From: Sarea resinae
Taxonomy: Eukaryota
Length of the DNA: 64,000 nt
Reading direction: 5' to 3'
NCBI GenBank assembly: GCA_026026165.1
Contig: JAPEUD010000021.1
Span: 248,001 to 312,000 of the forward strand
The position numbers were made by a program, and so were the translations under genes. Below, one piece after another: positions 63,848-64,000 of the stretch (positions within the stretch are counted from its first letter, which is position 1; the number at the start of each line of letters is the position of its first letter). The notes under the pieces were generated by a model that was not told the DNA's origin, did not search any database, and saw only the letters and a list, made by a program, of their open reading frames with translations.

Positions 63848-64000
63848 ATGGCCTCCAACGCCTTGACATTCGAGGCCGGCGGCCTCTACATTCTAGTCTC
63901 CAACATCGGAGCAGAGAGCTACTTCCACTGGGGCCTCTACCACGCCCTCACGCCCTCGGACGGCCTGATCTCGCACCTAATCAACACGCCCCTAACCAAC
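63848..64000 (+). CDS. Partial gene running off the window; hypothetical protein with a FHWGLY motif
   Basis: CAACATG context, then MASNALTFEAGGLYILVSNIGAESYFHWGLYHALTPSDGLISHLINTPLTN with C-biased codons. Only 51 codons are visible. Confidence 0.7.
   Translation, partial: MASNALTFEAGGLYILVSNIGAESYFHWGLYHALTPSDGLISHLINTPLTN

Overview
Gene-dense, intron-rich eukaryotic DNA from a filamentous ascomycete (Pezizomycotina-type; short GT-AG introns with CTAAC/CTGAC branch sites). All gene models below were spliced by hand from the sequence and none were checked against a database. The backbone is conserved housekeeping genes: NEDD8/Rub1, elongin A, a pseudouridine glycosidase-kinase fusion, a Rossmann-fold protein, RMT2, a dienelactone-hydrolase-like/SnoaL fusion, tubulin cofactor A, THO7, OST1, VTC4, MCM4, a SIRT2/Hst2 sirtuin, COG4, PMR1 and RAD21. 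Accessory material lies between them. The most notable item is an apparently intact patatin-phospholipase/NB-ARC/TPR NLR-type immune receptor (32840-36360) with an exact 126-bp tandem repeat array. Others are an APH-like phosphotransferase next to a stop-interrupted relic ORF, a decayed kinase-like pseudogene, several small uncharacterised proteins, a Zn-motif/RING protein and a secreted Trp/Cys-repeat protein. Non-coding signals include MCB-box clusters upstream of MCM4 and RAD21, a recurrent intergenic TACGGAGTA motif, palindrome-dense spacers, a RIP-like AT-rich relic and many microsatellites. No tRNA, rRNA, CRISPR array or intact transposon could be supported.
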